Shown here: one piece after another, positions 38,079 through 53,200 of the stretch
How the letters are laid out: the number at the start of each line of letters is the position of its first letter
Numbering within the stretch: the first letter of the stretch is position 1
DNA from: Azolla caroliniana
Lineage: Eukaryota; Plantae; Polypodiophyta
Direction of reading: 5' to 3'
Length of the DNA stretch: 64,000 nt
Assembly (NCBI GenBank): GCA_043228905.1
Contig: JBHGNT010000153.1
Span: 1 to 64,000, forward strand
Position numbers and translations under genes: made by a program
Notes under the pieces: generated by a model
Told to the model about the DNA's origin: nothing
The model's input: the letters and a program-made list of their open reading frames with translations, nothing else
Databases searched by the model: none

Positions 38079-41000
38079 TCATCTCCGCCGTCTTGATATG
38101 AAATCCCCATTGCTCAACGAGCTAATGCCTTCTTCCTCATCCTCAGCTGACATCTTCCCTTTTCCATTCTTTATGACTGTCCTTTGTGGATCTGCATCCC
38201 TATGACCTGCTGCCATGTATGGAGAACTTTCTTTAGGAATGCTTTGGTTTTCAGATGCCACTTGAAAATGGGATCCATTCCTTTGTCGCGATGTCTCCCG
38301 AACATTATTCTTCCGTTCCTTTAACATTATAATGCATGAACAAAGATCTTTTTAGGTAGTTTCAAACATGGTAGCTAAACACAAACATATAGACGGGCAA
38401 AACACCAAAATACACTTGCTGGGTATTTCTCACAGTAACTCGTAAGTTTCTGAATTTTCCAGAATACCCCTGTAGTATTCTGGAGAATTTAGAATCTTAC
38501 AAGGTATTCTGGCACCCAAAACTCAGGGATATCTTGGTGCTTTTCCCTAAATAGAATCTGCTTACATCAATATTATAATACCTCACGAAAAGGATTGTCA
38601 TCAGCCTCAAGCATGTGAACTACTTGGCCCATTTTGGGCCGTTTCGGCGCATCAGGATCAACACATCGTAGAGCTACAAGTAATGCTCTTTTGAGAACTC
38701 TTGGTGATGGCTTCTGCTCCATCTTTGGATCTACAACTTCTTCAGAGTGGTGGTTACCGACCATTGCTTTCAGCCAGTCAACCAAATTTACCTAGGAAGA
38801 GCACAAAATAAGGATATTAATTTAAAGAGGTTTGTATAGCTGTTACTGATAAAGTACCTAGTTAAGAAATCTCACTTACCTCTCCAGCTGGCCTACTAAA
38901 ATCAACAGGAACTCTTCCTGTCACCAACTCCATAAGGAGGACTCCGTAGCTATACACATCGCTTTTCTCAGTTAACATACCAGTAAGGGCATACTCTGGA
39001 GCAACATAGCTTCAAAGAAGAAATTTACAACAAACAAATAAATGAGATTTGTCGCGTGTTAAAAAAAAGAGAAGCTCACTTCAAAGCCATGTACACTCAC
39101 CCAAAAGTTCCCATGACTCTTGTTGTAACATGGCTATTTCCTGTTCCTAAAAGCTTGGCAAGCCCAAAATCGGCAACTTTCGCATTCCATTGGCTGTCTA
39201 TTAAAATATTGCTGGATTTCACATCACGATGTACAACTTTGGGTTCCAAGCCCTCATGCAAATAAGCCAACCTGTAGTTTATCGTTCTCTCTCTCTCTCT
39301 CTAAAAACATTGAATTGATTTTAAAGATTCAATATACAAAAAAGTTGAATGATAATCATAACATATATCAGCATATTTGGAATAACAAATTTTGAAAAGT
39401 TTAGTATGGAAGGCTTTTGTAAACCTTTTTCTAAATGGTCATGTTTTTTATATTAATAGCTACACAATTTGTAAAGGAAAATGGATTGTTTCACTGTGAT
39501 ATATTATTCATTATTCTTTCTTTACCCTCTATCTTATTTATAATTCATAATTTAGTGAATAAGAGGCAGTGCATCACATTCTGCTACGCACTTTGTTTTA
39601 TTTATAGACAGAATATTTGCAATGTTTTGAGTACAAAAGCTAAAAATTAGGACATAACCAAGGAATGGCATTCTAGTACAGATATAATAGATCAACATAT
39701 ATGCATGAAACATCAAAATCTTGCAATACAGAAAATGTCAACATAAAACACAGACTCACACAAGAAAATACGAGAAATGGAAGTTTGAGTGATATGAGAG
39801 TTTTAATAAATACCCTTTTGCAGTACCAAGAATAATCTTCATTCGCTTCTCCCAAGACAATGGTGGCAGATCTCCTAATGGACCATGTAGCCACTGGTCC
39901 AAATTTCCATTGTCAACATATTCATAAACCAGCATCCTGAACAACACAAAGGAAAATATTCTCAATCAGAAAGAGCAATACTATAGATGAAGCTACGTAA
40001 ATAATCAAGTTAACCCCACGATCGTAATTTTCTAAAATGCAACAAAGTAAATACATCCAATAATCACCATTAAAGGAAAAGGACGCTTTTGAAAAAGACA
40101 AATAACCAATTAAAGACCACTTCATTCATCCTATTCAAGTTACAACAGTTCAAGTATCTCTGAAGGTTCTGAATCAATCAGCATTGACAAATTGTACAAG
40201 TATTTGGTGTTATCTTCAAATTCAGAAATAAAAAAAGAAATAATCACCTCTGAGATCCCTCCATGCAGTAACCAATAAGCCGGACAAGATTTTTATGCCT
40301 CACACGTCCGATTGCCTCCACTTCTATTTTAAATTCTCTTTCTGCTTGTCCTCTGTGATTGTGAATGACATCAGAATTCAGTACAAAACATTTCAACCAT
40401 CTTGGGCACATCTTTTAGAATTCCAAGTTCTGATGTACATTTCTGAATCTGATGCAGATTGCACCAGTGAAATGCAATAGATGATTTGGAGATATGGTTC
40501 AGAAAAGCATACCTATTGTTTAGAAGGTTTTTCACGGCAATGCGAGTTCCATCAGGCAAGTGGCCTAAGTAAACAATGCCATAACCACCCTCACCCAGCA
40601 CATTTGTATCAGAGAAAGAATCTGTTGCCGCCTCAAGCTCACGTAATGTGTACCAATGACCCCATCCAAGGTGAGAAACCTCGGGCACAGATATACCTGT
40701 AGGTGCTGATGAAGGTGAATCTGTAGATCGAGAATCATTACTAGCACTGGACCCTCTTTCGTGTGAATGATGAGGACCTCTCCTCTCTCCTTCCACTACA
40801 CCTTTCTCCACAGGAGGTAAACGCACACGATTTGCCATCTCCATCCTGGTTTCTTCTTGTTGCCTTGCTGCTTGCCTAGTTCTCTCAAGAGTTCTGTTTT
40901 CTTGCTGTTTCTCTACTCTGTCCAAACTACTATCTCGTTGTAGAGCGTCTACAATGACCTCATTCTCTGTTTCTGAGTTGTTTTTCCCCAGTGCACTGTT

Positions 41001-41264
41001 GTTGGATCTATTCAAAACACGATAAGGAGGAGGAGTAGATTGCCTAGCACGATCATTCATCAGTCCATTTACATTAGAAGTCTTGGATACCATGAAGCTA
41101 CCATGTTTCTTATTTTGCGAGGATTTCTTCCTCGATGCTAGACATATGGAGAGACAAAACAATATGAGAACAATAAGAGCTCCCACTGCGATTCCTATGA
41201 CAACCCATAGCTTCAAGCCAAAGACAATTGTACTCTTGGAAAGTTCATTACTGAGAAAATCCAT
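38079..41264 (-). CDS. Receptor-like Ser/Thr kinase with N-terminal TM anchor (RLCK-V, At1g01540-like); 7 exons: 41264-40513, 40352-40248, 39936-39814, 39271-39101, 39009-38880, 38791-38582, 38318-38079
   Basis: [20 protein letters not shown]-terminus, [89 protein letters not shown]. Introns are canonical. Confidence 0.95.
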
Positions 41265-43399
41265 TGTCTTCTTGCAAGTTCGAAAAGCTTTTGAGCTCTA
41301 AAGCCACATTTGTAAAGGCAAGAAATCCACTTTGCTATAAGTACATGATAGATCTGCAGGAAGTTTGCACCCCTGATGCTGTCCTGATACTTTACCCTAA
41401 AATTCGATTCACTCGCTGATGAAAAATCCAAAGGAGAGATGATCGATTTTATGATGATTTTTTTCTGCGATAATGGTGAAGGAATTTTCGAATGAATTTT
41501 AGGGTTTTCCACAAAAAGCAGTGGTGACTTTGACAGAGATCTGATCACCTTGCCTAGATCTGTAGGAATGTTATGCCTTTCTGATACTACAGAGAAATCC
41601 TAACAGAAAACGTTTTTAGAGTGAGAGCCAGACATCTAAAGAAAAAATGTCAATCTGTGGTGGAAATTTTAGAGTTTTCTGCAACCAACAATGGCGAAGG
41701 GAAAAACTTTACTAGAGACGTCCAGGATAACTGAAAGCGAAAAGTGAACTTTTCATGGTTAACGAAACTTTTTAGAAAAACGTTTTTCATCTGCTGAGTA
41801 TATATTCCGAGAGGAGGTACCGACCTCTTAGGAAAATAAGGTTTCCTGGAAGCAGCAATGACGAATCGGTTGCCTTTCTATATAGATCTACGGAAATGAT
41901 TTGTTTCTATACTGCACTGAAATCCTAACAGAAAACGACTTTCACCTGAAGAATGTATCGTCCACGAAGAAACTTGATCGAACTCTTAGAAATTTTAGGT
42001 CTTCTGTAACAATGGCGTTCGAGAGGTCGGCAGTCATTTTTTGCATTTCTAGAGCTACATTTCTTGCATATCTGACAGAAAAAGTTTCTATTTGGTGAAC
42101 ATATACTATGGCGACAAGAGATTCAATCAACCTAGGAATAACTTTTAGGGTTTTGTTTTCTGAAAATCCATCCCAGAGACAGCGATGACTATCACGGTCC
42201 AAAGGAGAGAAGAAAACGAAGAAGCATAGATCAGTACCTGAGATGAATTGAATCAAGAACGTGCTGATCAATCGTGCTTGTCTGAGAGAGAGAGAGAGAG
42301 AGAAAGAGAGACAGATGTGAAGGATTTGGCGTTGGCGATGGCGATGAAGAAGACGACGAAGATATGACAAGAAATGCAAAAAAGGCCGAAAAGCAAAAAA
42401 GCAGAAAGCAATAAGAAAAGTAAAAAAAATAAAAAATAAAAAAACAGGCAAGGATGAGCTGGAGACAAGAAGGAGCCTATAGCGATAATATGTCCACGTG
42501 GCAGGGTCCACATATGTACATACACAATAGGTTTTTAAAATTAATTTAGAGCTGGCCAAATTTGGGAGACTAAAAATGAATTGGGAAGGGGGGCTAGTTT
42601 ATCTTTAGCGGTCGCGATTAAGGAAGGAAGGCCAAACCAACAACATCCACACGATTTATATAATAAATACGATTTGCTTTGTCCAAACCCCCGCCCAAAA
42701 CCAATCCCAAATGGCCCAAACACATCCCCTTCCCGGCCTTATCTCTACCCATCACGCATTATTTGTCTCTTCTATCCCACCCATGTTGTTCTTTCACCTC
42801 CTTTCCTTCTCTCCAACTCCTTAAGTGAGAGCAATCTCGTAATGCCATCTTAACACACCCCCCCCCAATGCTAATATGCCAATGACTTAAGTAATAGGGG
42901 GGGGAGGGGGGGGGTCCCTTCCTTCCATGCTCTTTCACAGCACCATAGCCTCACCCAAATTATCAATCGTTGTGATACAATACCAGAGTGTGTTTGTTTT
43001 TCCTATTTAGTTACTTACCACTATGGTGGAACCATCATACACACAGTAAAGTTGGGTGGGCTACAATCAGCCCTCGATTGCTTGAGTGAGCCTCCATCAT
43101 TTTTATATCATAAATCATTTATTTGGCCCATCATCATTTGAGGCAAAATGGCATGACACCTTTACATGTGGGATACTATGGTAGGAAAATATTTGAAGGC
43201 CTCGAAGAGTTTGCTACTTTTTTCTCTCATGTGTGTGTGGTTGCTCTCACGTCAATGAAAGTTTGTTGGAATGTTGATTGATTCTCACCATGTTTGTAAG
43301 GTGTCAAACCAGCCAAGTGAGAATATATTGTCGATTAAAAATGTTATGTATTTGATATTGAAGGTGATATATCATCACACTTTCATATATTTTAGAATA

Positions 43400-46300
43400 A
43401 AAACCTTGAAATTTTGAAATTTTGTTAGTAAATCAATTCGATGACATTAGATAGAGTTTTATACACACAAATACTTTTTATTGAAAACAAGCACAAATCT
43501 CAAAAGACTTCACCAGAAAAGTACCGTGTTCATGTCATTTGTCCCATTGTCTCAAGGAAGTCACCAGCATGTGTCCCATGCACACTCTCGTAGTGCATCA
43601 AGGACTTTTTTGCATCATACAGGATCAAGATCTATAGTGGTTGATATAATATAAAAGTTTTGAAAAAACAAATCTAGTTTTTGGAACATATGTATGGCAT
43701 AGTATTAAGTAGTTAGGTTTGTACATTGGGACCGATTAAAATATTTTGAATTTTTGCTCACCAATTTACATATAAAATGATTTGTTAGCAAGTCCACAAA
43801 CCATGGGTTGTTATGCTCATAACACAAAGTTGTATCAAGAGGGCCAATTGAGATTCGATCTTCAACACATGCTAAACCATGTCATGGTACCACCAATGAA
43901 ATATTAATTTTAATTTGATGATCATATGGATGACAAAAATATTGTCAATTCTTATGACACATGGACGTACAAATTCTAAGGTACTTCCAACATGATGTTG
44001 TTGTACACTGCATAGGAGACACATCAAGTCCTTGGGAAACCATGCATGGTTACAACTTACATCATGAACGGATTCGACGGAATACAAGCTCTAACGATAT
44101 TGAATTTTTTTATCCTTTAAAGGTTCGAGCATGAATAGATACACAATCCACATTTATGAGCCCCTTAAGATGGTGGTGAACTAGTTATCGGTTCTCGAGG
44201 ACAATGCTTGTTCATAGTTGGTGCAATTTAACTATTTGATTGGTTATTAATATGTTTGAAGTAAAATTCTATCTTGGAATAAGTGCAACATCAAAATAAA
44301 TGACACCCTAGATAAACTATATTGCTTCTCAATAACATTTTCTTCCCAATCAACTTGTGTGGGTGTTTAATGAGGATAGTATTTTGATGCATAGTATGAA
44401 CAATATGTACCATACGTGCATTGGCATTCGGGAATGTTTCGATCATCCGAGTATTTGATAAAAGCCCTCGAAGTATGGTAAATACCATAATTTTGTATTC
44501 ATTATTTATTATAAGGTAACTTTTTAAAAGGTAAGAAATTTAAGGTAAAAAGTATAAAAAAACCATAAGAATGTTTTGTTAACATACGCATTCGTAGGGA
44601 AAAGAATGCTTGCCTATGCATTCGAGTATATTACAACTATGAAATTGGATGTATGAAACTTATGTAGAAACTTGCCTATTTCATGTGTCACAATGAATAT
44701 GCATATAATTGTATTTTTATGTGGAAAGAGATTAACCTATACAATTCAGCTATGGGGCACCCAAGATAAGAAATCACTGAATGGGACTTTGTGCGAGTTC
44801 ATCCCCAACAAGCCTTATGATCATGAAGGTCTAATCACAACGATATTTAAGTGAACGTTGAACTACCTAAACTATGAACTTGGAGCCATATAAATAACGA
44901 CGTCTTTTTCTTTTTTTGATAATGAAGGCAAACTATTATTTTTCTAGGATGGTGTTTTAAGCATTCGTGAGCTTTCAACTTTCCTATGTTATAGCCCAAT
45001 TTAACTTGATAAATAGCAACACTTATCATAACATCATTGACATGCGTCTACATCTCAAAGGGCTTATTCAAATTCCTAATCAACAACACGAACATTGTGA
45101 TTTAGAAAATATGTATTCTTGAAACCATTGCTCGAGCTTGTATGTCCATTGAACAAACATATATATAGCTTGACATTTGCTTTCTATCCCCAGTAACGGA
45201 CATTTAATGGGTTCACACAATACAAGTTACAACAATACAAAATGCTTGACTATGACTTCAACATCCATGAGATACCCCCATGATCAAGATTGGTACGCAA
45301 TTTGGCTATATTAACCATTCACATGTTTTTTTGTGCATTTCAATTGCTATGCACAGAAAAATGCGCTTTAGACATTTTTTTAATTGTAATAAAGGTGCAT
45401 GGTGCCCATTCAAAGGAATACCAATGCATAAGTACTTGGAATATGAATGGAGTGTTGTATGTCCTCTAGATACTCCAATGTCCTTTCTACATATTATGGT
45501 ATAGAAGTAATATAAGTTGGGTATATGCATGTGCAAACTTGTTAACACTAATGATTGTATTTATAATTGTCTCTCTAAAAAGGCAATCTATTGTTCAAGT
45601 GACATCATTCAAAAAGTAAAAGTATGGTCTGAATTTCAGGACGAAAAAGATTTGTCAGTGTTTTATCAAACATAATTGGACATTTCTTATAAAAATATTT
45701 GACCTTTTTCTCGAGATAAGTGCATTTTGTTTACATAATTGTCTAGGCTACATTCCCTTTGAAATATTATTTTCATTCTGTTCTTTTTGTTTTTGTACAT
45801 GTAGTGAGGATCTTATAGCAACTTAAACCCTGTAAGGTGTTATAAGACTATAGTCACCACATAGAGGTAACTCCTTGGACAAAGTGCCTATAGAGCTCAA
45901 TTGGAAGGATTGCTAATTCAATTTTCTTTTCCAATTAAGCACTTGTTGTCATGTTCCATTGATACCAACAAGCAATAACTTGTTTCTCATACTCCAATCA
46001 AGCAACCAATATATTGACTTATGCAACAAAGGTAAAACTTTGGTTCTCTAGACAAAAACACACTAAAAGGATGACAAAATAATCTTAGTTAATAATACCC
46101 AAATGGTTTTAGCAATTAAGCATGTAATGAATGTATGCATGCCATCATTCTCGATGTACAAAATCCCATTCCACCCAACCACCCCCAAGTTATGATCAAG
46201 ACATAACCATCCTACCACAGATGTCCCATATCGACAGATATTATTATGACTAATGTATTGGAGGAGATAACACACTTATAGTGACGAAAGCCTAGCACAC

Positions 46301-46900
46301 ACCACTAGTGCCTTAAGACTGCAACCTTCCAACATAACGTGTTTCATGAAGGTAGCTTGGCCTCATTTTATACCTCTTCCAAGGCTCCTTAAAGAGACTT
46401 CATTCATTGGTTGTCAATATCATGATAGTGCATGCACCTATCATTCCTTCTATCCAATCACATTAGTCCCTTTCTAACACTAGCAAACATACCCTTCACG
46501 TATGTAAATATTTGTGACCTACCCTCACCGCGTCATGTGTGCATGATCCCTCGATTAGCCTACCAAGAGGATGGTGACTCCTCAAGACTAAAAAAAACAT
46601 TGGAAGTGCAACACTCCAATATATGAGTCATGTTGGCCAATGCATTGTTCACTTTTTATATCATTGAGTTTTCTTCATCTTTCTTTCTTGTAAGATCAAC
46701 GTTGCTTGCTTTCTTCAAACCTTCCGTTAATTAATCCTCTTTGTATTATCGTGGATAACAATTAATGAGTGAATTGTAGTAAAGTTGTACGAGTGCTTTC
46801 TTCTCTCTTAACTTGCTTAAGGGTCTTGAATAAGTTCTAAGGTTGCTGAGTGAGCTTCATAACCAAGTTAGACATGGACAATTTGTGAAGTGGATATAGC
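43400..46900 (-). mobile_element. Degenerate Ty3/Gypsy pol relic
   Basis: Minus strand about 44870-44902 reads RRYLYGSKFIV (RNase H WRHYLYG.KF.V motif). Further RT-like scraps near 45250-45280. Boundaries approximate. Confidence 0.55.
44407..44620 (+). repeat. Short dispersed AT-rich repeat (putative non-autonomous element), copy 1
   Basis: Reverse complement aligns by eye with 59550-59767 (tatttaccat.cttcgaggg...cgaatgc.aatgcacgtat.gtac and ttacct.ataataaata). Confidence 0.65.
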
Positions 46901-49900
46901 TTAAGTATGAATACAATTGTAGGCACCTTAGGAGCAATTACACCCACTCCTACCCACAATGGTCATATCCCACATTGAGACCTCAAAAAAGAGATAGAAT
47001 TACGGTCAACAGAAAGAAGTGTAGTCATTGGACCATGTGGTGTACTATATATTAATATGTGTATATACAATGACTCCACTATTTACTTTGCAACGTGTAC
47101 TTTAGTTTAAAAACCAATTGTTCATGGTGGCAATGACAAATTAGATACAATAGAAATCATTATTGATTGTGACCCTTTTAGTTGATTAGCAAAAGAACCA
47201 AGCCTAAAACCTCTACTATACAAATTTATCTAAGATTGTATCCAATTTCCAATTCAAACTTTGAAACCATGGGTTACTAACACTAACAGGGTAACATAAG
47301 TGATGATAAACATTACATTGGTATATTATTTGGCCATGCCATCCAATATCAATGAGATGTATTTCAATGTATCAAATAAGTACAACTCACTAACAATAAA
47401 GCATCAATTCATTGCCTCTATCTTTCTCACCTCGAATATTTTTTTTCTATATTTTTACATCAAATAAGAGACAATCCATTGCACGGGGTTAATATATGTA
47501 TATTCTTGCGTGTATATTTCTTACATATGAGTGTGAACATAAGTGTTTATTTGCTTGCATGTGTGTCAGAAGCCTCAAGATGAGGTGAGCACATAGAAGT
47601 TGAGGGAAATCACAAGACGTATAAATACATGCACTCATAAACAATATAATTGTTGATGAATAGCAATGAATCACCCCACAATAAATTATGTTAATAAGGA
47701 AATTAAACTATGCATTCATGTCGTCTAGACCTCGAAAGCAAATATACATTGTTTCATGTAAACTAGTTTTAGTAATGTGTCTTTATGCTGAGAAAAGAAA
47801 TGCAGGAACTGGCATTATATCTCCACTAGAGAATATAATTACTAAACAAAGTGTATGGTGTACAATGCTAAAATATTATGCTTTCTAAGTTGGGTTTAGT
47901 GTTCCACCCATTTTAAAAATCATTTATATATTGACATTGATAATTCTATCTAACATTTTCCCAAAAATGTGGCTTTATAAATTCATTATTCATAACGTAT
48001 GGGCCAAAAGTGACAACATTACATTACAAAAGGCGGTGCTAACAAAGTGATTATTTACGAGCATTGCGCAATTCACATACAAAAATATTGAAATATCGAA
48101 AAGCACAATTGTTATATCACGTCACTCAAAATAAGCATTCATATATTTGACTTTTGGGATAAATATATTAACAATTAGCTACACCTCCCTAAAAATCCAT
48201 TTTCCACCACCCAAAGGTTGAAAATAATCTCATTAGCTCATCGAACAAATTGATACCAAATTATGTGCATTCTAAAATTGAAAATGCACAATGGTCAATG
48301 TTTTCAAATATTTGAACACATTATCGTTACATCACAAAACCCAAATCAACAATTCCTTTATGAGATTGAATAATCATTTGAATAGCACTAGTCCCAAGGC
48401 CATGAATAGAAACAAAGCACTAACTTTCAATGACCTAATGCTATAAAGTGTTTGTGATAAAAGAAAAACATACTCCAACGCATATGAATAATGCTAATAA
48501 ACATCCCAAATGGATTTATGGCACATGTTTTCTTTCCTCGTTCTATAATTGATTGTGTCGAGTTGTTGTTGTTTTCATCATTATGACCATGTGAAAGACA
48601 CACCTTAGGTAAAGTTAAACCAATTGAAGGCTTTCATAATGGAAAACACTTGGGTATTAAATACCCATTCACATCATGGAAAAGCACAACGATATCAAGT
48701 AGGACTATCAATAGAAATATGTGATAAGACATTCAACATATGATTCAAGAATGCATATTGGCACCATCCCAAAAGTATTAGAACCTCATAGATGGGAGAA
48801 GAAGGTTTAACTACCCAAACCATACAACCATCTATCTATCTATCTATACAACAGGCAATTTATTGCTTTTAGTAGTCAACCAAGTCATTGAACCCTAACA
48901 CCATGCCAAGTTTTTCTGTCATATTATATGAATGGGTCACCCAATTGTAGTATCACACACCCTTTTTTCTACATCATGGTGAGTATATCCTCTTGATCTT
49001 ACTTGTTATATCCCCTTCTCAATTATAGGTCACATGGCATGGGCAGGGATAATTTGCAGATCTCTCGTGGTCCTCTCCAATGTAACATCTTGAGATCAAT
49101 TCACATTGCCGCATGAAGACTAGTGGTGGAGCATTGAAGCATCATGTGCCTCATGCATGTGTAGGTAATGGGGCATCCACTATTGCTTCTCTTCGTTGTA
49201 ACGATGTGTGTCCGGGTGGGTGTCTTAGGAAAGAGTCCCAATCGTAACATAACATTAACCGGGACAAAGTGAGGGGTAGTCGAGTAAATATGAAAAATAG
49301 CAGCGCTATGTTATGTTGGCGAATTGAACGGTTTCCTTCTTCTTTGATGAGGAATGCTTTTGTTTTCTTTTCCTTTTGTTCTCATTGTGATGGCCATGGC
49401 GATGATCGATCGTCGTTCATACTATTTTTCCTTCTTCTCAGTATCCACATCTGTGCTTCCAATGGCGAAACTTACGCAGAAAACATCACAGAATATATTC
49501 TCACAAAATCTACATCCTACCATACCCTGAAGGCTCATTATCTCTTCCTCCATTTTTTTGCCCCAGGTAAAAGTTCTTCCGTGAAGCTCGTTTTAATATG
49601 ATTTAATTGTTTTTTCGTTCATCGTTTCTTCAGTTTTGTTACAAAGATTAATAAAATGCATTTCTGTACGTTAAATTTTTTTAAAGAATAAATAGTTTCA
49701 AGCAAAACAAAAACCGAAATATAGTACTAATGCACATATAATATACATACCATATGCCATTATTTATTTTCCTAGCACAGGAGACTCTGCATATAATAAT
49801 CAAAGTTCAAATTTTGAATAGTGATCCTCAAATTTGTCAAATTACTCTAATTATCTGTACGAAGTTATAACCACGTATACCTTGGGCATTGAAAAATTTA

Positions 49901-50282
49901 GGCTTCTTTTAAACTCAAAATGGGTTTCAAAATTCTATGCATAATCATATGAGGTTCTAATTATGTGGAAGGAGTATAATTTAGTTTAAACCATCTATAT
50001 TACGTGCATTCAAGGATTATTTAAAATATCCCTTATATCCCATTATTCACATATTGACATAATGTCTGTCCCTTATATTACATAGCGGGACTTGAAAATT
50101 GATAAGAAAAAAAAGTTTGTTCCTTCTAACAGTATCTCTCTCTTTTAAAAGGTTAATTTTGCTTTGGGTGATGAAACTATTTCGTGTGATTCATTTATAT
50201 TTCAGGATGAAATGAACCTTTGATGAAATGTGTTTGTACGAAAACTTGATAAAAGTGAGTTTGGTAGACAATTGAATTAGTT

Positions 50283-53200
50283 ATGGTTGAGGAAAGGTCT
50301 CATGCAGTTGGCCCTAAATTGAGACGGCTCAATAAATGTGATAGTAGCAAAAGAAGAACTTTGGATACTAACCAAATTGAGGTATCTATGTTTTCACAAC
50401 AAATGCATTCTTGATCTTTATTTGTGGTCTATGAAAATTTAAATATCCTTGTTCAATAGTATGTGCACATCAATGTCATATGGATTATTATATTTTATAT
50501 TTCATTAGGTCTCCACACATTTTAAGTGTATTTGGATGCATATATGCAGATGCATTGTGTTTCATTTTCCCTCATCTTGAAACAATTCAAAAACTTTTTG
50601 GCGAATATTTTTTAACCATTTGTGTTTTCAGCAGAATTTTAACATTGTTTCTTGCCTATGTATATGATACTGGAATAGCCATAATGGTTTAGTGTTCGGC
50701 TGTTGTTTTGGTTTTTTTATGAAAGAGCTTTCTCATCGATATCGGTATTAACATGGGCAACTGCACCAACACATTTTGATTTTTATCTTTGTATATTATT
50801 TGCAGTATTGGCTTTGAATGCTTACTCAGGGTGTTTAAACCAATATCAAGTTTTGGACAAGATACATTTGAAGGTGAGCATGAAAAGGCAATGTGAAGGC
50901 CATATCCTATTCAAAGAGAAGACACATGCACGCGATTTTCTTTAGAGATTAAATCCAAGGGTTGTTGAATCTTTGGGCTATAAGGGGTAAAAAAAACGAG
51001 TAGTCATAGTCGTGTTTGTCATTGATTGACAGAATATGCTCACATATATGTAGGTAGGTCAAACTGTTGGAAAATGAGCTTGTTTCTCTGTGAGATTTTC
51101 ATTTCTTTATTAAAAAACATGGGGGCTATGATTTTTGGTGGAGAAAAACCATCATAATCATGTATCAACAAGGGGCTTTGGTCTTTTTGAAGGTAGAGAT
51201 GCCTTTTTGCTTGAGTGATTGCACTGTCTCTCTTCTAGAGGAGTGAAGGAATACTACTTATAAGCATCTTTCTTGGTGCATTATTAAGGATCACACTAAG
51301 GATGAGCAAAAGAAGAAGAGATTAAGGAGAAGAATGGATTTAGTGTGCTTAACCACACTAACCACCCTTGAGCAAAGGACATGAGACACAGAAAATATCA
51401 TTGGTGTCCCATACCACCAAATATCACATTATGATATACCATGGTTGTTTAAATAATGGATCTGAAGAAGAGAGCTTAGCCTCACCAATAGAGTATGGAC
51501 AACATTTTCACGATGCTGTAATGAAAGGGTAGCTAGTTCCCTTTATATAGCTCAATGCCTAAGGATCCCAGACCATGTTTTCCATGTGTCATAGGTCCAT
51601 ATGGGTTGGTTCAAGTCCCTAGGGTAACCATTTTCCTGACCATCCTACCCTTAACAAATTAAAACTAGCTATAAATTTGGTCTGTAAGGTTATGCCTATA
51701 ACATACATGGAGTTCAAGCTATCTCATATTTCTTGTATCTTTGTGGAGTATAGCTGTTGATTTCGTTTTCCTTCGGAACACCTTTTTGTCACTTTACGAT
51801 TGAATGGCTTCCTATATTTTTCTTTATCACCTTATAAAACCTTAGATGTGAGCTTTGGATATATCTTTCAGGGTGCTTTCTTCCTTAATGTAAGTTTCAT
51901 GGGTTTGGCACATGTTTTTTTTAGTGCTTTTATCCTTGGTTCTTTGGAGAGAGCATAATCAATTAGCTTCTGGCTTATCATTCACCATCTAATTAACTTT
52001 GCAAATCAGAAGTTTATTCCCTATTTCATATATTTATATGTACACTTCATGTACTGATTTATTTTCAGAAAAATGTGAATGAAGTGATTGCGTCGGATCT
52101 TTTGGGGATTGCCAAAGCACTGAAAAGATCAAGTGTTTCTACCTTACATTTGTTCCAGAAGCATGCAGAGCTACAAAAGAGGAATGAAGGTTCACTCTCA
52201 CTAGGGATATATGTAACTGTTTTGTAGTCAAATGATGGATCAACATTAAATTAGTTTCTCCATCTGAGATACTGTAGCCTTGAATCTCCTGCAGAAAACA
52301 AGAAGCTGGGATTTCTTGGGGACAGGCATTCAGAAACTCTGTATACATTTTCTAAGTAAGCAATAGGCTTCAACATGGTTTTGTGAAAAATTGTCAAGTA
52401 AGTGAACTTGGTTTAGTGAATTAAAGGTTCTTGACCTTGTTTCTTCTGCAGAAATTTGGCATGGGCTTTATCAAGTGGGGGATGTCTGCAAGAGTTAGAA
52501 CTTGGCTTTGCCTTATGGCAGAGAGATCTGAAAATAATTGCAGAATCCATCTGTATGTAAATCTCCTACAACTGAATGTATGAGATTCTCTATTGTAAAA
52601 TGATGGTCTGCCTCCCCCCGCTCAGGATCCCTACTGTTCTGACATTGTTCTACCTGCAAACCAAAATAATTTAGACCAATTTTTATTTACTACCTTTAAG
52701 ATATACATAACCAGAAACGTTGTGAGCCGCTGTTACTTCCCTGATAACATGTTACAGTTTTTGCTACCTAACAAGTTGCCACCACATAAAATTTCATTTG
52801 TACATTGAGGATTTCTCCGGCTAACTCATCTAAGACAACTCTCATTGGTTTTTTCTGAATAGTGAATATGCAATTCTGTGACTGAGTTATAATATCAGTT
52901 CCAAAATGCATGTAATAAAATTTGTATCTTATTCTTTTAACGCCCAATATGTTGAAATTAGGTCAATCACCAACGTTGAAGCGATTGTCATTCGCAAATA
53001 GTGAGCTTGGAGATCACGGCCTCCAAATTCTGGTTAGTTGTTAATGTTAAACAGAACAATTGATTCTGATACTGATTACAGCTCCTATATCTTCAATTTA
53101 AAATTTGCTATTGATGAAGCTAGATTTGTGAAACTCTTAAACGAACTATTCACTTACTTAATAGGGTAAAAGCTTACAAGAATGTGCACAGTTGGAGATT

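Noticed and set aside
39561-39574. 14-nt match to the 5' part of miR408 (minus strand) in a kinase intron, with a weak nearby hairpin
   Set aside because: The last 7 nt do not match, and the G-U-rich hairpin folds on the opposite strand. Probably chance.
41942-42559. 205-aa hydrophobic minus-strand ORF upstream of the kinase
   Set aside because: Non-ATG start, and it is built from T-rich and (CT)n leader/promoter sequence.
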